DNA of 64,000 bases, taken from contig JAXHNL010000002.1 of assembly GCA_034520565.1 (NCBI GenBank), positions 608,001 to 672,000 on the forward strand, written 5' to 3'. The translations under genes and the position numbers were made by a program. Shown here piece by piece: positions 61,454 to 64,000 of the stretch; the first letter of the stretch is position 1; every line of letters begins with the position of its first letter. This stretch comes from Halodesulfurarchaeum sp. (GTDB lineage: Archaea > Halobacteriota > Halobacteria > Halobacteriales > Halobacteriaceae). The notes under the pieces were generated by a model. That model saw only the letters and a program-made list of their open reading frames with translations. It did no database searches and had not been told where the DNA came from.

Positions 61454-63495
61454 GACTCCTCGTCGAAGAGTTCGAGGTCGGCCACGATGTCGTACGGGTC
61501 GGTCCCCTTCCGGACGTGATCGAGGATGAGAAAGGCCTGGTCCGGTCGAAGGAAGTGGGTCGTGACCGCCCGGCCCAGTGGCGTCGGCTCTAGGCCGTCG
61601 ATGAAGCCGTACTCGATGAGCTTCGAGAGGGCCTGTTTCGTCGGAATGTCCCCGAGCATGCGGTCGTTGAGCCGCTTGGCCGCGCTGCCGCCGACCGTGA
61701 CGTTGGCGAGCGTTTCCGCGACCGCCGCGTCCGCGTCGTAATGGGCGATGACGTCCTCCATCTCGCCCTTGAGGAGCGTAAACGCGACCTCGTCCTCGGT
61801 CCGGTCCATCGATCCGTGGTAGACCCCGTCGGGCTCGACGAGGAGGAAGACCCGGCCCCGGTCGTGGTAGTCCGGACGGCCGGCCCGGCCGAGCATCTGC
61901 TCGAACTCCTGGACGGAGAGCCACTCGATCCCCATCGCGAGGGAGTCGAAGATCACTTGCGAGGCGGGGAAGTCCACTCCGGCCGCGAGGGCCGCAGTCG
62001 TCACGACCGCAGCGAGGTCCTGGTCGGCGAACTCCCGCTCGACTTGCTTGCGCTTGCCGTAATCGAGGCCGGCGTGATACGGCGCGGAGGCATAATCCAG
62101 CTTCCGGCTGATCTCGTGACAGCGTCGCCGGGAGTTCGTGAAGACGATCGTCTGGCCCCGGTAGCCCTTCGAGGAGGTGGCGTCGAACTCTCGGCGGACG
62201 AGTTTGTTCTCGATTCGGGGCTTCTCCGGACCGTCCGCGAAGGTGACGTGGCGCTCGATCGGCACCGGCCGCTCCTCGAACTCGATCGGCGTCGCTTCGA
62301 GCACTTTTGCGAGTTGGCCGGTGTTTCCGACCGTCGCCGAGAGGTAGATCCACTGGGTGCCGCCCGGACCGCCGTGGCGCTGTTCGGTGTAGTGCTTCAA
62401 GCGGGAGATGAGACCGTCGAGGCGGTGGCCCCGCTCCGGGTCCTGGAGGGTGTGGATCTCGTCGATGACGACCGTCCCGATGTCGCCCAGGTCGCGGCCG
62501 GTTCGGAGGGCGTGATCGATCCCCTCGTAGGTACCGACGATGATGTCCGCGTCGGGTTCGAAGGCCACGCCGTCCTCCCGGATGCGGCTCGCGCCCACCC
62601 GGATCGTCACGTCCGCGAGGTGACCGTACTCGGCGGCGAAGTCCTCCTCCTTCTGGTTGGCAAGCGCGACGAGCGGGACCAGAAAGAGCAGCTTTCCCTT
62701 CCCGTTGAGCAGCCGATTCAGTCCGGCAAGTTCTCCGACGAGGGTTTTGCCGGTCGCCGTCGCGGAGACGACGAGTTGGTCCTCGTCATCGAGGAGCCCG
62801 TGTTCGACCGCGAGGCGCTGCACCGGGAGCAGGGTGTCAAAGCGGTCCTCGAGGAGCGCCTGGAGGTCGGGATGCAGCGAGAGCTCCTCGACCGCGACGT
62901 CCGGGATATCCTCGGTACTTGCGGAGATTTCGTCGAACTTCGTCAGGTCGGGGTCGAGTTCGCCCTGCAGCAGGTCGACGATCCGGTCCAGGTCCCCGAC
63001 TTCGAAGAGCAGTTCCTCGAGTCGCTCCTCGGCCGCCCCGGAGAACCCGCCCGAGAACGCGAGTTCGCGCTCGAGTTCGCGGGTCGCACAGTCCCGGCAG
63101 ATGTACTCGGTGCCGGACTTGATCGCCGTCTCCTCCGTGATCGGGCCGTACCGCCACTGGCCGGCACAGAGCCGGCAGGTCCGCACCCGCGTCGCCTCGA
63201 GCTGGTACCCGGAAAGCATCTCCTGGAGTTCGTTTCGGCCCCGCTTCGAGGTCTGCTGGGAGATGCGGATACGCTCGGCCCGGCGGGCGATTTCGACGAA
63301 CTCCTCGGGAGCCCGGGGTTCCTCGTCGCTCTCGCTTTTGATGCGAAACCTGGCGGGCCGCGGACCGGCCGCGGTCTCCTTGAGTTCGAGGACCGCGCGG
63401 AACAGCCGCTCGCCGTCGCGCTGGGCGACGACGAGGTAGTCGCCCTGGCGCTCGTGGAAGAACAGCGTTTCGACGCGTGCGGCCTGCCGGGACAC
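61450..63495 (-). CDS. Archaea-specific SF2 DEAD/DEAH helicase (Ski2-like)
   Basis: SATATGKT, DEIH, LSATV, YHAGL, QMLGRAGRP; N-terminal CxxC..CxxC; GTG start. Confidence 0.9.
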   Translation of the reverse strand: MSRQAARVETLFFHERQGDYLVVAQRDGERLFRAVLELKETAAGPRPARFRIKSESDEEPRAPEEFVEIARRAERIRISQQTSKRGRNELQEMLSGYQLEATRVRTCRLCAGQWRYGPITEETAIKSGTEYICRDCATRELERELAFSGGFSGAAEERLEELLFEVGDLDRIVDLLQGELDPDLTKFDEISASTEDIPDVAVEELSLHPDLQALLEDRFDTLLPVQRLAVEHGLLDDEDQLVVSATATGKTLVGELAGLNRLLNGKGKLLFLVPLVALANQKEEDFAAEYGHLADVTIRVGASRIREDGVAFEPDADIIVGTYEGIDHALRTGRDLGDIGTVVIDEIHTLQDPERGHRLDGLISRLKHYTEQRHGGPGGTQWIYLSATVGNTGQLAKVLEATPIEFEERPVPIERHVTFADGPEKPRIENKLVRREFDATSSKGYRGQTIVFTNSRRRCHEISRKLDYASAPYHAGLDYGKRKQVEREFADQDLAAVVTTAALAAGVDFPASQVIFDSLAMGIEWLSVQEFEQMLGRAGRPDYHDRGRVFLLVEPDGVYHGSMDRTEDEVAFTLLKGEMEDVIAHYDADAAVAETLANVTVGGSAAKRLNDRMLGDIPTKQALSKLIEYGFIDGLEPTPLGRAVTTHFLRPDQAFLILDHVRKGTDPYDIVADLELFDEES

Positions 63496-63541
63496 GGCCC
63501 GGGATACGGAGTCGGGGTATTTCAGCGCCCCGTCTCATGGG

Positions 63542-63919
63542 CTACTCGGCCAGTTCGATCTCGTCTTCGCCGTTCGGGACGACACAGATGAATGCGGCTT
63601 CGGCGTCGCCCGTGTTCCGATACCAGTGGACTGACCCGGCCGGGATCAACAGCGAATCCCCCGGTTCGACTTCGTACTCGGTTTCGGTACCGTCCTCCCG
63701 GATGCCGACCACGTACTCGCCCTCGAGGACGTACTGCTCGTGTTCGACCCGATTCGTGTGTTTGGGGACCGTCGCGCCGGCGTCGAGGGTGAAGCGTCGC
63801 ATGCGGAAGTTCGGCGCGTCCTGGTCCTCGCCGACGAGAACGCCTTTTTGCAGGCCCTCGGCGGCCGATTGGCGCTCGTATTCGATCTCGTCGCTCCGCC
63901 GGATGACTGGCTCGGGCAT
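63542..63919 (-). CDS. Cupin-domain protein
   Basis: P.H....EHEQYVLEG, PGD.L.IPAG..HWY.N. Confidence 0.88.
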   Translation of the reverse strand: MPEPVIRRSDEIEYERQSAAEGLQKGVLVGEDQDAPNFRMRRFTLDAGATVPKHTNRVEHEQYVLEGEYVVGIREDGTETEYEVEPGDSLLIPAGSVHWYRNTGDAEAAFICVVPNGEDEIELAE

Positions 63920-64000
63920 GGCGGCGAATTCGGTGGCCGGCCCTATACCTTAAACGGACGTGACGACAACGTGTCGATATGCGAAGTTTCCGTATCGGGA

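Noticed and set aside
451-63591. Many long antisense or alternative-frame ORFs (e.g. 4580-6439 -, 57489-59882 -, 61741-63591 +)
   Set aside because: Shadow ORFs of high-GC coding sequence; they overlap well-supported genes and lack motifs.

Overview
High-GC haloarchaeal chromosomal window, judged from the acidic proteins, PolD, MCM, TFB and a halophile-type 2Fe-2S ferredoxin. It is mostly core genes: dipeptide ABC transporter, polC (DP2) with a mini-intein, hemBLCD, an HdrD/FadF-like oxidoreductase, tsaC, upp, hisABI, pibD, mcm with two inteins, a minD/tfb/parA block, ileS, prs, glmM, tRNA-Pro(TGG) and an SF2 helicase. Six genes carry single-base frameshifts, five at G/C runs, which points to assembly errors. 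The best candidate for an undescribed system is a lower-GC islet at about 29.9-34.2 kb. It holds five small winged-helix-like genes in two convergent operons, one fused to a DUF4145/HEPN-like domain, plus an orphan antitoxin-like HTH. Other notable signals: a divergent pair of DmsR-like activators with identical HTHs, an MCM intein with extra HTH modules, an AT-recoded empty intein site, a structured RNA candidate at 20.1-20.3 kb, and GNA-triloop hairpins with a tRNA-end duplication beside tRNA-Pro. All family assignments are from motif recognition by eye; no database searches were run.
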